Positions 1-12,369 of a DNA stretch of 64,000 bases are shown here, piece by piece. This DNA comes from Mobula hypostoma (Eukaryota): the NCBI RefSeq assembly GCF_963921235.1, contig NC_086097.1:163558001-163622000 (forward strand), written 5' to 3'. Made by a program: the position numbers and the translations under genes. Numbering within the stretch: the first letter of the stretch is position 1; every line of letters begins with the position of its first letter. The notes under the pieces are model-generated. The model was not told the DNA's origin. It was given only the letters and a program-made list of their open reading frames with translations, and ran no database searches.

Positions 1-255
1 CAGCACATTATTTTTAGGTAAGGGGACGAAGACTGCTCATAATACTCCAAATATGGTCTAGCCTGATAAAGCTTCAGCATTACATCCTTGTTTTTATGTT
101 CTAGTTCTCACGAAATCAATGCCAATGTTGCATTTGCCTTCCTTTCCACTGACTAAACCTGCTAGAGAACCATTAGGAAATCCCACACGAGGACGCCCAA
201 GTCCCTTTGCACCTCCGATTTCTGAATTCACACCCTGTTTAGAAAATAGTCTACA
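1..255 (-). mobile_element. CR1 LINE fragment (RT C-terminal region), degenerate
   Basis: The reverse complement resembles the CR1 ORF2 'KANAMLAFI...RPHLEY..QFW.PYL' segment also seen at 20897-21133 and 39921-40262. Confidence 0.75.
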
Positions 256-987
256 ATGAACACCTCTTAATTCAGAGTAATGTGCATCACTGCATTCGTT
301 CATGTCCAACACATCACTGAAACTTTAAACCAATTTATCGACTATGCTGGAAAATATAGAAAATTCAAGAGCTTAATTTATTTCCTTCTGTGTTTGATTG
401 ACATATGTCCTTTTGTAATGAAATTACTATTGCAAGATTAATGGTGCTTCACATCAATTAAATATTAGAGATTCTGGTTTAGGCAACAGTCAGTTTAATT
501 TTGTAATATAACATTTTGCTTGTGTGAAGCAGTCCTCAGCCTGCACTCTCTTTCTTTCAGTCCTCCAGTTTTAATGCTTTCTTGTCTGCCTCTTTTTAGA
601 TACCATTTGGTCTTTTGGTCAGTGCAACTCAGAACTATCCAGGCAGGTAACGCTGAATTTCCTATGAAATTCACTATTGCTGCTAGGCTAATGTGAAATA
701 AAATCAAAGGACTGGGAAGCTGACAGAATTGGAATTCGGTTTATTATTACTGAGATACAGTGAGAAGTTTGTTTGCTGCCATCTGGACAGGTCATTCTAT
801 GCAAAAGTATGATAAGATAGTAAAAAGGAAAAACAGAATGCAGAGTAATGTAGTTTTACAGCTGTAGGGACAGTGCAGATAGTCAAAGTGCCAAGCTGAG
901 GTATATCAAGAGTTCATTTTTAAGTGTATGAGAGAATAGAAAGGATGCCAAGTTTTAATCTCCTCGAGTAGCTTGCTCCTTCCCTAC

Positions 988-1346
988 CATATAAACATAT
1001 AACAATTACAGCACGGAAACAGGCCATCTCGGCCCTTCTAGTCCGTGCCGAACTCTTACCCTATCCTATTCCCACCAACCTGCACTCAGCCCATAACCCT
1101 CCATTCCTTTCCTGTCCATATATCGATCCAACTTAACTTTAAACGACAACATAGAACCTGCCTCAACCACTTCTGCTGGAATCTCGTTCCACACAGCTAC
1201 CACTCTCTGAGTAAAGAAGTTCCCCCTCATGTTACTCCTAAACTTTTGTCCTCTTATTCTCAACCCATGTCCTCTTGTTTGAATCTTCCCCACTCTCAAT
1301 GGAAAAAGTCTAACCACGTCAACTCTATCAATCCCCCTCATAATTT
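988..1346 (-). mobile_element. CR1 LINE 3' end
   Basis: ORF 1066..1341 (MRGIDRVD..LFPL...TRGH...FFTQRVVAVWNEIP) is the CR1 ORF2 C-terminus. It is followed by the 3' UTR and an 8-bp-type tail (catataaacatataac on +). Confidence 0.9.
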
Positions 1347-1357
1347 TAAATTAACGG

Positions 1358-1726
1358 AACTGTTAATGCCCCACCTCCCATTCATACCCCATCCATTATT
1401 TATTTATTATCATTATTATTTTTTCCTCTCTCTCTCTCCTTTTTCTCCCTCTGTCCCTCTCACCATACTCCTTGCCCATTCTCTGGGCTTCCCCCCCTCC
1501 CCCTTTCTTTCTCCCTAGGCCTCCCGTCCCATGATCCTCTTATATCCCTTTTGCCAATCAACTTTCCAGCTCTTAGCTCCATCCCTCCCCCTCCCACTTT
1601 CAAATCTTTTACTATCTCTTCTTTCAGTTAGTCCTGACAAAGGGTCTTGGCCCGAAACGTCGACTGTATCTCTTCCTATAGATGCTGCCTGGCCTGCGTT
1701 CACCAGCATTTTTTATGTGTGTTGCT
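1358..1726 (+). mobile_element. Penelope-like element terminal (pLTR) segment, tail-less
   Basis: Near-identical in reverse to 46387-46780 and similar to 5756-6150: pyrimidine-rich tract, hammerhead motif, then gatgctgcctggcc...gtgtgttgct. Confidence 0.85.
1630..1665 (+). ncRNA. Minimal hammerhead ribozyme motif, G8->A variant
   Basis: AGTC CTGACAA A GGG TCTTGG CCC GAAAC GTC GACT. Stem I is AGTC/GACT and stem II is GGG/CCC; the core reads CTGACAA instead of CTGANGA. Confidence 0.65.
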
Positions 1727-3355
1727 ATAAGTACATGAAGAGCTTTTGAATGGAAGCAGACACACACTGCATTAATAGGAAATGATCCATTGTTCTTACG
1801 CACAATCTATTCAATGAATCAAACCTTGATTGCAGTGGGCAAAGTTGTCCCTTAAATGTTACTGTACTGCAGATTAAAAATGCCTGAGCATGCTTTTGGT
1901 GCTCAAGTATATTAAATGTCTGCACAATTATATTTTTGTTTAATCACTGTCAATTAAACTTACTAGGGAAAATTTAACCCACAGCATATTTGTCCACTTT
2001 CAAAAAGTGAGGTCCATGCACTTAATTCAGCACTTAGTATTAAAAATCTCTAATTGGTATTTTCTTTCAAACATGAATTTGTAATGCAGAAGATAACACC
2101 TTAGAACTAAAGATTACTATTTTTATTTTATCAAGGCCTGTCCTTGTTTGTTTCTAATCTAATGTTATGATAAAGCATTTGCACAATGTTCATACTTCAC
2201 CAGAGGTAATCTATGGAATCACATTAAAGTGTCCTTGCAAATAACATGGAAGAGTCAATTAAAAGATAAGGTCAATGGGAATCTGTTTTGGCACTGACTA
2301 TTCCTCTAAATTACTCCACACAGTAATAAATGGAGTGGTTTGCAGTTTGTCAGAAGTTAATGTATGCTTTGTTCTCAGTTTTATAATCAGAGACATACAC
2401 TCCTGTTGGGAAAGTTTCTGTGGGTGTGAAGAGGATCGTGAAGTTGGGACTATTGTCATATTTAAACCTGGACAGTGTCTTCTGTGGGACCAAATTTTAG
2501 AGAAATGGCATGACATGCAACCATTACAATAGATGCAAGGTTAGCGCCAACAGGCAACCATGTATTTCCACCCCTTCATGTTCAAAATGCATCTGGTTTT
2601 ACCTCATGTAAACTGAAGTTATCAATTGTGAGCAGACAGCAGGATTGATTTCCTCCTGACTTGCCCCTCCTAGCACGAGTTCAGTGAAGCCAATTGTTTC
2701 AACTAATTCAGTTTTGCACCGAGACTTCCCAATCTTTATTGAAACTATATACTTGCCAGATCATTAGGGGAACACCAATAATAAAGACACATTAATTACT
2801 AAAATATCAGCACCATTTAACAGTACAGCATTAGTTGTAACTCTTGTATATGTATGAATTAAATAACTTGAAATCTGGGGAAAGAAGTGTAAGAGGGTAA
2901 AAATGCTAATTATAGGCCCACTCAGCTTTTGGCATCTGTACCACACCTGATGCAAGGATAAAATAAAAGTAACACCTATTTTTAAAGAGATTTGAAACCT
3001 GGGATTTGTGTTTACAATAACAATGAAATTGGCAGAGTTCGCTCTCATTGCTCTAAAATAGACAACCTTTTCCAATGAAACAAAACATGGAAGAATTCGG
3101 CCAGTCCATCAGCATCTGTGGAACAAGAGACCACAACTCCCAATGTTGACTGGTTTCTATTTCCCCAAAATGCTACTTCACAGGCTGAATATTTAAGCTT
3201 TTATTTCAGATTCTAACATCTGTAATGTTGTTCTCTGGCATTTCCCCTTGTCTGCACTTGTCTGGTTCATGGGGAAAGTCTGGAAACTGCAGTTAGTGAT
3301 GTGCTGCTTCTCTGCTTTGTGTGCTCTTCAGTTACATCTGTAGAAAGAGAAGCAG

Positions 3356-3393
3356 AGTTAACTTCTCAGGTCAAAGAACCCTCCATCAGAACT
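3356..3393 (-). ncRNA. Degenerate hammerhead motif of an older PLE subfamily
   Basis: Minus strand reads AGTT CTGATGG A GGGTT CTTT GACCT GAGAA GTT AACT. The stems are retained with a different sequence and the core is decayed. Confidence 0.45.
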
Positions 3394-3439
3394 GGAAACT
3401 GGGAAAGCAAGTTGGTTTTAAGTTAACGAAAGGGTTCCA

Positions 3440-3955
3440 GAGACATCCTATCTAAATGTCTGTCATCTTTTCCAGGAAGAAATTAGCATCTGATATCCAT
3501 TACAAGCCCATTGACTCCTAAGACCCTATTGATTATACTTCTAACCGTCTTGTTTCCTATGAGGACTCCATTCCATTCTTCCTGTTTCTCTGACTCCTTT
3601 GTACCTGGACTGAAGGCAGGAGTTTCCAAACAGATTCCTCTGAGATTGAATTAACCAGGGCTTCCCCCATTAACTCCACCAATCAATTCTCATCTATTCC
3701 CCACAATCCTGCTCTCACAACCTCTCCTCCTGGTGGACGTGTGGATGGACTTCCCCGGGCTCTTACCTTCCTCCCCACCTATCTCTGCTTTCTAAAACTC
3801 ATTTCTCAGTTTTAATCACCTTCAGATTTCCTTCCTGCCCCGTTCTTATTTGACTATTCTGAACAAGCTATTCCTTTGTGATTTCCTGGTCTGCTCCTCC
3901 ACCTCAGAATACTTCCTTTCCACTGTTACTTTCCGTGCAACTGCAAGAAAGGCAT
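3440..3955 (+). mobile_element. Old Penelope-like element, RT thumb/linker region
   Basis: Translates to SDIHYKPIDS*DPIDYTS...DSIPF, like PLE 'TDIYYKPTDSHSYLDYTSSHP...IPF'. It ends in an FPCNCKK-like linker and continues at 5355-5710. Confidence 0.6.
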
Positions 3956-3959
3956 CATA

Positions 3960-5245
3960 TAGAGTAATGCAATACCTGGAACATCTGGACAGCAAAGATC
4001 AGGATGCCCTTTCTTGGCTATAGCTCAGCATTCAATGCAATCATCTCCTCAAAACTAATCAATAGCTTCTAGACCTTGGCCTCAATACCTCCCTGTGCAA
4101 TTGGATCCTTGTTTCCTCAGCTGCAGACCACAATCAGTTTGGATTGGCAGCAACATCTCCACCACAGTTTCCATCAGCACAGGTGCAGCACAAGGCTGTG
4201 TGCTTAGCCCTCTGCTCTAATTGCTTGACACCTATGACTGTGAGGCTAAGCACAGCTCCAATGCCATATTTAAGTTTGCTGATGACAGCATTATTGCTGG
4301 CCAAATCAAAAGTGGTGATGAATCAGCATATAGGACAGAGCTGAGTGGTGCCACAACAACAATTTTTCACTCAATGTCAGCAAAACTAATGAGCTGATTA
4401 TTGAGTTTAGATGAAAGAAACCAGAGGTCCATGAGCCACTCCTCATTAGGGAATCAGAGGTAGAGAGGGGCAACAACTTTAAATTCTTCAGTGTTATTAT
4501 TTCAGAGGATCTTTCCTGAGTCCAACATGTAAGTGGAATTACAAAGAAAGCACGCCAACAGCTCTACTTCTGAGAAGTTTGCAAAGATTTGGCATGACAT
4601 CTAAAACATCAACAAACTTCTGTAGATGTGGAGAGTATATTGACTAGTTGCATCGCAGCCTGGTATGAAAACACCAATGCCCTTGAATGGAAAATCCTAA
4701 GAAGGTCATGGATATGGCCCAGTCCATCATTGGTAAAGCCTTTCCCACCATTGAGCATGTTTACACTGAGTGCTGTTGCAGGAAAGCAGCATCCATCATC
4801 AAAGACGCCCAGCACCCAGGCCATGCTTTCTTCTCGCTGCTGCCAGCAGGAAGAAGGTGCTGGAGCCTCCAGACTGACACCATAGGGTTCAGGAACAGTC
4901 ATTACCCCTCAACCATCAGGCTTTTGAACCAGAGGGGATAACTTCACTCATTCCATCACTGAACTGTTCCTACAACCTATGGACTCACCTTCAAGGACCT
5001 GTCGTCTCATGTTCTTGATATTTTTTGCTTATTAATTTATTATTATTTTGTTTTCTTTTTTATTTACATAGTTTGTCATCTTTTACACATTGGTTGTTTG
5101 TCCATCCCACTGGATGTGGTCTTTAATTGATTCTAATGTGTTTCTTGAATTTACTGTGTATATCTGCAAGAAAATGAATCGCAAGGTTTTACCATATATG
5201 GAGACATATATGTACTTAGATAATAAATTTACTTGGAACTTGGAA
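3960..5245 (+). mobile_element. Rex1/Babar-type LINE, 5'-truncated (RT + 3' UTR)
   Basis: Decayed YSSAFNAII, LCNWIL, STGAAQGCVLSPLL, FKFADD and ESILTSCIAAWY motifs; the 3' end reads gataataaatttacttggaacttggaac. Confidence 0.85.
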
Positions 5246-5354
5246 CAAAAACGAACGTTTCATCCTAACGAGTCCATGCTGACCGTGGAATCATCCTCCC
5301 TATTAGACCCTGCTGCTTGTGTTTGGTTCATAGCCCTCCAAATGCCTCACATGC

Positions 5355-5709
5355 TATTTACTAATTCCTTCCCACCTCCGAGGGACTTAAACAGTTCTTA
5401 AAGGTGAAATGGTTATTTACTGCATTTTTTTGGATCTAGTGTATGGTATTCTGCTCTCAGGATGTGTTCTCCTCTACAGTGGAAACCAAGTGGAGGCAGA
5501 CTGACCACTTTACAGAGCATCTACACCACATACTGTATTAAGTATTGATCCTAAGCTTAGAAATGTCTTGTCACTTTAATTCTCCACCTGCAACCTTCTG
5601 TAGCCTCTGCACTGATCCAGTAAGATCCAATGTAAACTTGTGGAATAGCAACTCGTCTTCTGTCTGGGCGCACTGCAGTAATTGGGCCTCAATGTGAAAT
5701 TGAGCAATT
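5355..5709 (+). mobile_element. Old Penelope-like element, GIY-YIG region (continuation of 3440-3955)
   Basis: Nucleotide similarity to the reverse complement of 6150-6520; residual 'DHFTEHL', 'HFNS' and 'QLVFCLGALQ' motifs. Confidence 0.6.
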
Positions 5710-5719
5710 GTATGTAACT

Positions 5720-6564
5720 CAAACAACAGGTATTCTGCAGATGCTGGAAATTCAAGCGACACACATCAAAGTTGCTGGTGAACGCAGCAGGCCAAGCAGC
5801 ATCTGTAGGAAGAGGTGCAGTCGACGTTTTAGGCCGAGACCCTTCGTCAGGACTAACTGAAGGAAGAGTGAGTAAGGGATTTGAAAGATGGAGGGGGAGG
5901 GGGAGATCCAAAATGATAGGAGAAGACAGGAGGGGGAGGGATAGAGCCAAGAGCTGGACAGGTGATAGGCAAAAGGGGATACGAGAGGATCATGGGACAG
6001 GAGGTCCGGGAAGAAAGACAAGGAGGGGAGGGGGGACCCAGAGGATGGGCAAGAGGTATATTCAGAGGGACAGAGGGAGAAAAAGGAGAGTGAGAGAAAG
6101 AATGTGTGCATGAAAATGAGTAACAGATGGGATACGAGGGGGAGGTGGGGCCTTAGTGGAAGTTAGAGAAGTCGATGTTCATGCCATCAGGTTGGAGGCT
6201 ACCCAGACGGAATATAAGGTGTTGTTCCTCCAACCTGAGTGTGGCTTCATCTTTACAGTAGAGGAGGCCGTGGATAGACATGTCAGAATGGGAATGGGAT
6301 GTGGAATTAAAATGTGTGGCCACTGGGAAATCCTGCTTTCTCTGGCGGACAGAGCGTAGATGTTCAGCAAAGCGGTCTCCCAGTCTGCGTCGGGTCTCGC
6401 CAATATATAAAGGGCCACATCGGGAGCACCGGACGCAGTATATCACCCCAGTCGACTCACAAGTGAAGTGTTGCCTCACCTGGAAGGACTGTTTGGGGCC
6501 CTGAATGGTGGTAAGGGAGGAAGTGTAAGGGCATGTGTAGCACTTGTTCCGCTTACACGGATAA
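5720..6564 (-). mobile_element. Penelope-like element, 5'-truncated, with GIY-YIG endonuclease and pLTR
   Basis: ORF 6153..6479 has GVIYC.RC..C...YIGET.R.L..RF.EH (GIY-YIG). A 10-bp direct repeat gtatgtaact lies at 5710-5719 and 6565-6574 (TSD). Confidence 0.92.
5819..5854 (-). ncRNA. Minimal hammerhead motif, G12->A variant
   Basis: Minus strand reads AGTC CTGACGA A GGG TCTCGG CCT AAAAC GTC GACT. Confidence 0.65.
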
Positions 6565-6999
6565 GTATGTAACTTGCAGCTTCTGGTTGGCCATTCCTGC
6601 TGTAAGGTTGTCTAGATCTGTCTCTCCATTGGAGATTTCTGATGTGCAGAACTTTACCAACATTCTTTTGGTTTTCATCAACAGCCCTGAGCCGCATTTC
6701 ACAGCTTTACAAGTCCTGTGTTTATTTATTCTCTTTCCAACTTCCCTCATTAATCTATCAGCCAGTTGGGTCTGTAAACTTTGGGATCAGCGGGGCAATC
6801 CACCTTAAAACTCTCACCTTAAAAAGCCACAAACACAAGAGATTCTGCAGATACTGGAAATCCAAATCAATACATCCTTTAAAGTTGTTTCTTTCATTTT
6901 GCTTATTTCTCCCCCATCTAAACCTAACCTGTTTTCTCACTCTTCTCATTCAAAAATTTCAAAGTATATTTATTATCAAATTATGTTCAGTCATGTGAG

Positions 7000-8885
7000 C
7001 AGTGCAATCATTTGAGTTGAGTATGATGTTGTGGGTCCTCAGGTGGTAGTAAGAGGTCAATCCTGGATCCATATATCTGAAATGTTACAGTTGATTCTCT
7101 TAATGAAGAACACCAATACATGAATTTGTTTGATGTGGTGAGCAATGTTCCCTCTATTTTTGGTAGTCTGTGTGTGCAAAAATCTTATGTTGTGCAATTT
7201 TTTTTCCTGTGACAAAAGTATGTGCGCACTAAATGCACACATGGCACAGTTCATGTAGGTTTACAAAATATTTGACATAAAACTGCACAGAATAACAACT
7301 AAATAACACATATTTAAGTCACTCAGTTATTTTTTCTCTCTCCTGTCTTTGGCATTTACCCATTCTTTGTAAACTGCATCTAGACTAATAGAACTTCCAT
7401 CCAATTGATAGCTTTCGATTCTTATTAACATATCCAAATGACATTCACCTAAACAGTTTCTCAGCTTGTTTTTGTGTTGATTCATTAGGCTAAAACCTCG
7501 CTCACAGTCAGCACTAGACGCAAGAAAGTTTCCGCCAATGTCCATCAACTGTGCAAGGTCGCAAAACTGTTCATTTTGAAGTACAAATACCACCATTTGA
7601 GCAAAGTTTGAAATCAGTTTGGATTTAATTTTTTCTTGCATGGAAAATTTGAAATCATTAAACTGTCTTACTATTACAGTATTTTAAGCTTGAAAATCAT
7701 GATATTTTAGACATAAGGCATTAACTTGTTCATCGCCAAATGTGAAGTCACAATCTGCAATTGCGTAGAAGTCAAAAGCTGACCATTCTTGTACCTCAAC
7801 TTTAATCTCCTCTGGGTTTGATCGTTTTCACTCTCACTCATCTGCACTCAACCATAACATGCGTAGCGCTCTTGTAACAGATAATGATGAGTTCTGTTGC
7901 CTGAGCTTTTGCACACCGTCCAAATGCAATTTACTTGCAAAAAGATGCTTCAAAAAGTAAAGTTTCCAAATATCATCCCACTTCTTTCCACTAGCAAATT
8001 CTCCAGCAACTTTCGCAACACAACAATACAAGCAGATAACTCCATTTTCTGAATCAAACATAAATATTTCTCTTAGCTGAACGTTCATGACCTCATGAGC
8101 TTTCGGTGTAGCAGTTTCTACTCTTTTGTTAAACCATTCAACTTTAAACAAATTTGCAGTTCTTTTGCGCTTCACGCCCTTCGCTTCTTTTGAATTTGAC
8201 ATCGTGAATCAATACTTTTTTCAATAAAGACTTAGTAAGCTATCTACAGGATTTGAAACAGATCTTTGTGAACTTTACAATATGAACACTGTCCGCCAAA
8301 CATGGCTGCTGCCGTGATGCAGCTGTACAAACCAGAAAAGGAAAGGCGAGGTGGCGTAAATTAGTGACGTGCGTTGTGGTATTTGAAAAACCGACTAACT
8401 AGTTAACAGAAACAGTTAGCTAAAAGATTATTTTCAATAAGTACAATTATTAACTACTACATTATTTTAGGTAACTAACCTTTTATGCACACGTTAATTT
8501 CCTTTGTGCACTGCTTGAAAAACGTGCGCGCGCACATCTTAGGGGGAACTATGGTGGTGAGGCTGATTCAGGGGTAGTCACCACAAGGTCCTTGACAGAT
8601 TAGGATCAGAGTCCAGTTGCATGGAATGCGAGATGACTGGGAACCCATCATTGCTGCAGTCTTCCTCGACTTTCACTGCCATTGTGATGTGACATCATCT
8701 TCTCCCAGCTCCACCATTGAAGTCTTGGTTGGATCGCTCTTTGTCTGGAGCCTTTGCCCTGACCTTACTGCCATGGGTGACCCTTCCTCGAGCTAAAGGT
8801 CAGATGTCTAAATGGCAGGTGGTATCACTGTCAGGATCTCAGAAACTCGCACCTTCTCCAACACATTAACCTGATGATCCTCACA
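7000..8885 (-). mobile_element. Probable RTE-related non-autonomous element (split by the hAT insertion)
   Basis: 8740-8880 resembles the reverse complement of RTE/Rex3-type 5' UTRs (gccatgggtgaccct...). The two parts rejoin across the hAT TSD. Family recognised from memory only. Confidence 0.4.
7143..8553 (-). mobile_element. Internally deleted hAT DNA transposon
   Basis: 8-bp TSD gtggtgag at 7135-7142 and 8554-8561; imperfect TIRs caatgttccctcta / tagggggaactatg. ORF 7834..8202 has a CxxC...H...H N-terminus, and ORF 7327..7641 has the hATC motif SSADCERGFSLMN..KNKLRN.L. Confidence 0.93.
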
Positions 8886-9164
8886 GAGGATATCACCTTG
8901 AGATTCATTTTCTTGCAGGCATTCAAAGTTAAACAAAGAAATACAATAGAATCTATGAAAAACTGATGAATTCTGTTTGATTGCTTCATTGCCGTAAGTG
9001 AACTAAAAATGTCACCTGTGTTTCTCTTCATTAAAAAGCCCTGCAACTTTGCTATAAGCAACACATGACACAGACAAAGAATGAATAACTTCAATCTAAC
9101 TGCAACGGGAGAATGTCCAGGGGGTGGGGGGAGAGACGGAGAGGCGAGTGTCTCAGTTTATGCT

Positions 9165-10368
9165 GGAGAGCTTGCAGGCCACTACCTCCTGCAAAGTGAA
9201 TGGCAGTGGCGATTCACTCCCTGATGAGCTCAATGCCTTTTATGTATGCTTTGAAAGGGAGAATAAAACTACATCTATGCGAATCCCTGCAGTATCCGGT
9301 GGCCCTGTGATCTCTGTCTTGGAAGCCAATGTCAGAGCATCTTTCAAGAGGATGAAATCTCACAAGACATCATGTCCTGATAGTGTACCTGGTAGGCCTC
9401 TGAAAACCTGTGCCAACCAACTGGCAGAAGGGCATCTTCAGTCTTTCACTGCTGCAGCCATAGGTTCCTACCTGCTTCAAAAGGGTGACAATCATACCAA
9501 TTCCCAAGAAGAGCAGGATGATTCATCTCAGTTACTGTTTTTCAGTGATATTCACGTCTACTGTGATGATGTGCTTTGAAGGGGTTGATCATTGCTAGCA
9601 TCTACTCCTGTCTCAGCAAGGACCTGGGCCCACAGCAATTTACCTATCACCACAAACACAAAATACTCTGCAGATGCTGAGGTCAAAGCAACACTCACAA
9701 CACCCTGGAGGAACTCGGCAGGTTGGGCAGCATCCGTGGAAACGATCAGTCAACGTTTTGGGCCGGAACCCTTCATCAGGACTGAAGAGGGAAGGGGCAG
9801 AGGCCCTTTAAGGAAGGTGGGGGGAGGGTGGGAAGAAGAAGGCTGGTAGGTTCCAGGTGAAAAACCAGTAAGGGGAAAGATAAAGGGGTGGGGGAGGGGA
9901 TAGGCAGGAAAGGTGAAGACCATAGTGTGTAGATTGGAAATAACATCTCCTCAGTTAACACTGTTACGAATTTGTGGCGAATTGGTATGTCACCGATGAC
10001 TCGCTCTCTGGTATGGAGGGATCACTGCAAAGGATCGGAAAAATGATGCGGAAAGTTGTAAACTCAGTCAGTTTCATCTTGAGCACTAGCCCACCCAGCA
10101 TCAACGATATCTTCAAAAGACATGCCTTCTTCTCCTTGCTATCATCAAGGAGGAGGTATAGGAGCCTAAAGACACACACACAATGTTACAGGAACAGCTT
10201 CTTCCCCTCTGCCATCAGATTTCTGAGTGGGCAATGAACACTTCCTCAGTACATATACTTATTATAATTTATAATTTTATTGCTATGAATTGCAATATAC
10301 TGCTGCTGCTAAGTAACAAATGTCATGATATATGCTGGTAATAATAAACCTGATTTTGATTCTGATTT
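9165..10368 (+). mobile_element. Rex1/Babar-type LINE with internal deletions, interrupted by a PLE end
   Basis: ORF 9124..9579 has SLPDELNAFY.....KTCANQLA. ORF 9974..10237 has FFSLLSSRRRYRSL....RNSFFPSAIR. The tail reads aataaacctgattttgattctgatt. Confidence 0.8.
9651..9912 (-). mobile_element. Penelope-like terminal fragment with hammerhead motif (9747-9784)
   Basis: Starts cacaaacacaaaatactctgcagatgctg. Minus-strand motif is CAGTC CTGATGA A GGG TTCCGG CCC AAAAC GTT GACTG (5-bp stem I, G12->A). Confidence 0.75.
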
Positions 10369-10957
10369 TCCTCAGCCTGAGAAATTGATTTTGTCTGTAG
10401 TGTCATGCTCTCCGACTTGTGTTAAAATTATGTAAATGACTAAGTAATCGGGGGGGGGGAAGTTGCAATTTTTGATTTACTACTTTTTTTTAAAAAAGTT
10501 ACTGTTTACCTTTTGCATTAATCCCATGTGTTGCCTTAATCTTTTTGGTCAGTTACATTTGAAGTGCAGCAGAACCGGGTCAGCAATTTGTTCTCATCCT
10601 CAGAAGTTCATCACATTGAAGGGAGAGGAATAGATTTTGGAGCCAGAGTGCAATATGCTGGTACAACTATAAATTGTTTTTAACAATAGTGACCAGAGAT
10701 GAACTTATAAGCAAGAGCTTGGTCAGCTGTGTGAGAATTCTTCTGTGCAATTGGCCCCATAGGCTGTTTGATGACTTCACTCCCTTGTAAAGTGAGTAAG
10801 TGGGCAGGTATCTTTGAGATCTGTGATGCACACCAACTCATTGCCACTACCTGGAGGTTTAGTGTTTCCAATCTTGGCACGATTCTTTGTCCGGGGAAAT
10901 TTTTAAAGGTTAGGTCAGCCCAGCTACACAGCTGTTAGTGCCTCTGGTCTTGTAGAA

Positions 10958-11146
10958 CAGGAGTCGCCAACCTTTTTTGCACCGCGGACCGGTTTAATAT
11001 TGACAATATTCTTGCGGACCGGCCGACCGGGGGTGTTCAAGTTCAACAGTGCGTGACAGGGAATGAGGAAAGGTGCAGCTGACTGGTATCGTTTCATATC
11101 GCCAAATCATATAATTTCCTTGCGGCCCGGTGGTTGGGGACCGCTG
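10958..11146. mobile_element. hAT/Charlie-type MITE (189 bp)
   Basis: Perfect 8-bp TSD ttgtagaa (10950-10957, 11147-11154) with a central TA; TIRs caggagtcgccaacc / ggttggggaccgctg. Confidence 0.93.
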
Positions 11147-12369
11147 TTGTAGAACATGTAGACCTAAACCTCATTACATTTTGGAGAGTGAAAATATGAG
11201 ACAGAGGTTTAATTATAGAAATCGGCAGCGAATAAATGAGGCTCTATTATTTCTTTGTTGTTTTATATAAGTTTGAGGCGTGTCAAAAATGGGAAGAAGG
11301 GGAGCATTGTTATAGAGTTGGAAATAACATTTCCTCCTCTGTTTTGACTGCTTCCTTTTAAAGAAAGCCCTTGTTCTCTCAGAAAAATGTTTGGCAAACC
11401 TTTCTCGCTTAACACTGGCTGTTGGAAATTGACAGGTCATGGATCACGAGGAAGCGACCACTGAATTGCTTGTGTGTGATGTTATCAGGAATAAAGTGAC
11501 AACTAGTTCATTGACTATCTTGGAAGATATAACATGCTACATTTCATCAGTCACTTGCCTCTGCAAATTGATATATTATTGGCCCATAGTCCTTGGTTTG
11601 AACACTTCCCTTCTGATCTATATTACATTTCTCGTGTTGTCGGAATGTGATGTTAGACAATTGAAAATGTAAGTTTTGGACTCGAGTGGGTTGGACTGAG
11701 GGAATAGGAAAGAGGAAAAGGAGTGAAATATGTATTAGGGTTTTAATATGTAATAGTGGTAGATTTTGTAATTAAGAGAAGCAGTAAGGGACTGTTTCCT
11801 TCATTATAAAGTTTCATCCAAATGCAATGACTCAGGGGCTTGCTCATGAGGTGAATCTGTGCCACTGGGTGTGTTATGTAGAGCTACCTGTATAAAGCTG
11901 ATTTTGCCAGGCTGTTTTAAGGAGGTCACCAGCAAAGGCTGGGTATCCTCTGAATGGAGTGGAGCTGGACAGCAAAATTAAATAAGTTGCTGACTTGTTA
12001 TCCCAAAGCCAATTGTAGTTATCAATGGCAATAATAATACTGTGTGAAGTGCATAGCTTAAAAAAGCAATGGGATGAGTGTTTGCTTTTGTCTTGCAGGT
12101 GGGAGGAGTGAAGATACAATTTCAAATGCTGCTGTAATTTTATTATTTAATTCTCTTGGAGTTTATAATGTTTATTTGAAGCTCAACTTTAATTCAGAGA
12201 GAGGTTGTAAGTTCAAGATCCATTCTAGGTTCTTTAGCAGAACATTCAGGTTGAAACTCCATTGTGATATTCAGTAACTGCTGTTTTCTCCATTCAGTGG
12301 CTCCGTGTTTTCCCTCTGTACACCGAGTGAGCGCTGTGCTTCTTAGCTGATGTATTTCATCTGAGACAT

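Noticed and set aside
12080..12140. Good-looking + strand splice acceptor (tttgcttttgtcttgcag|gt)
   Set aside because: No convincing donor or recognisable peptide follows.
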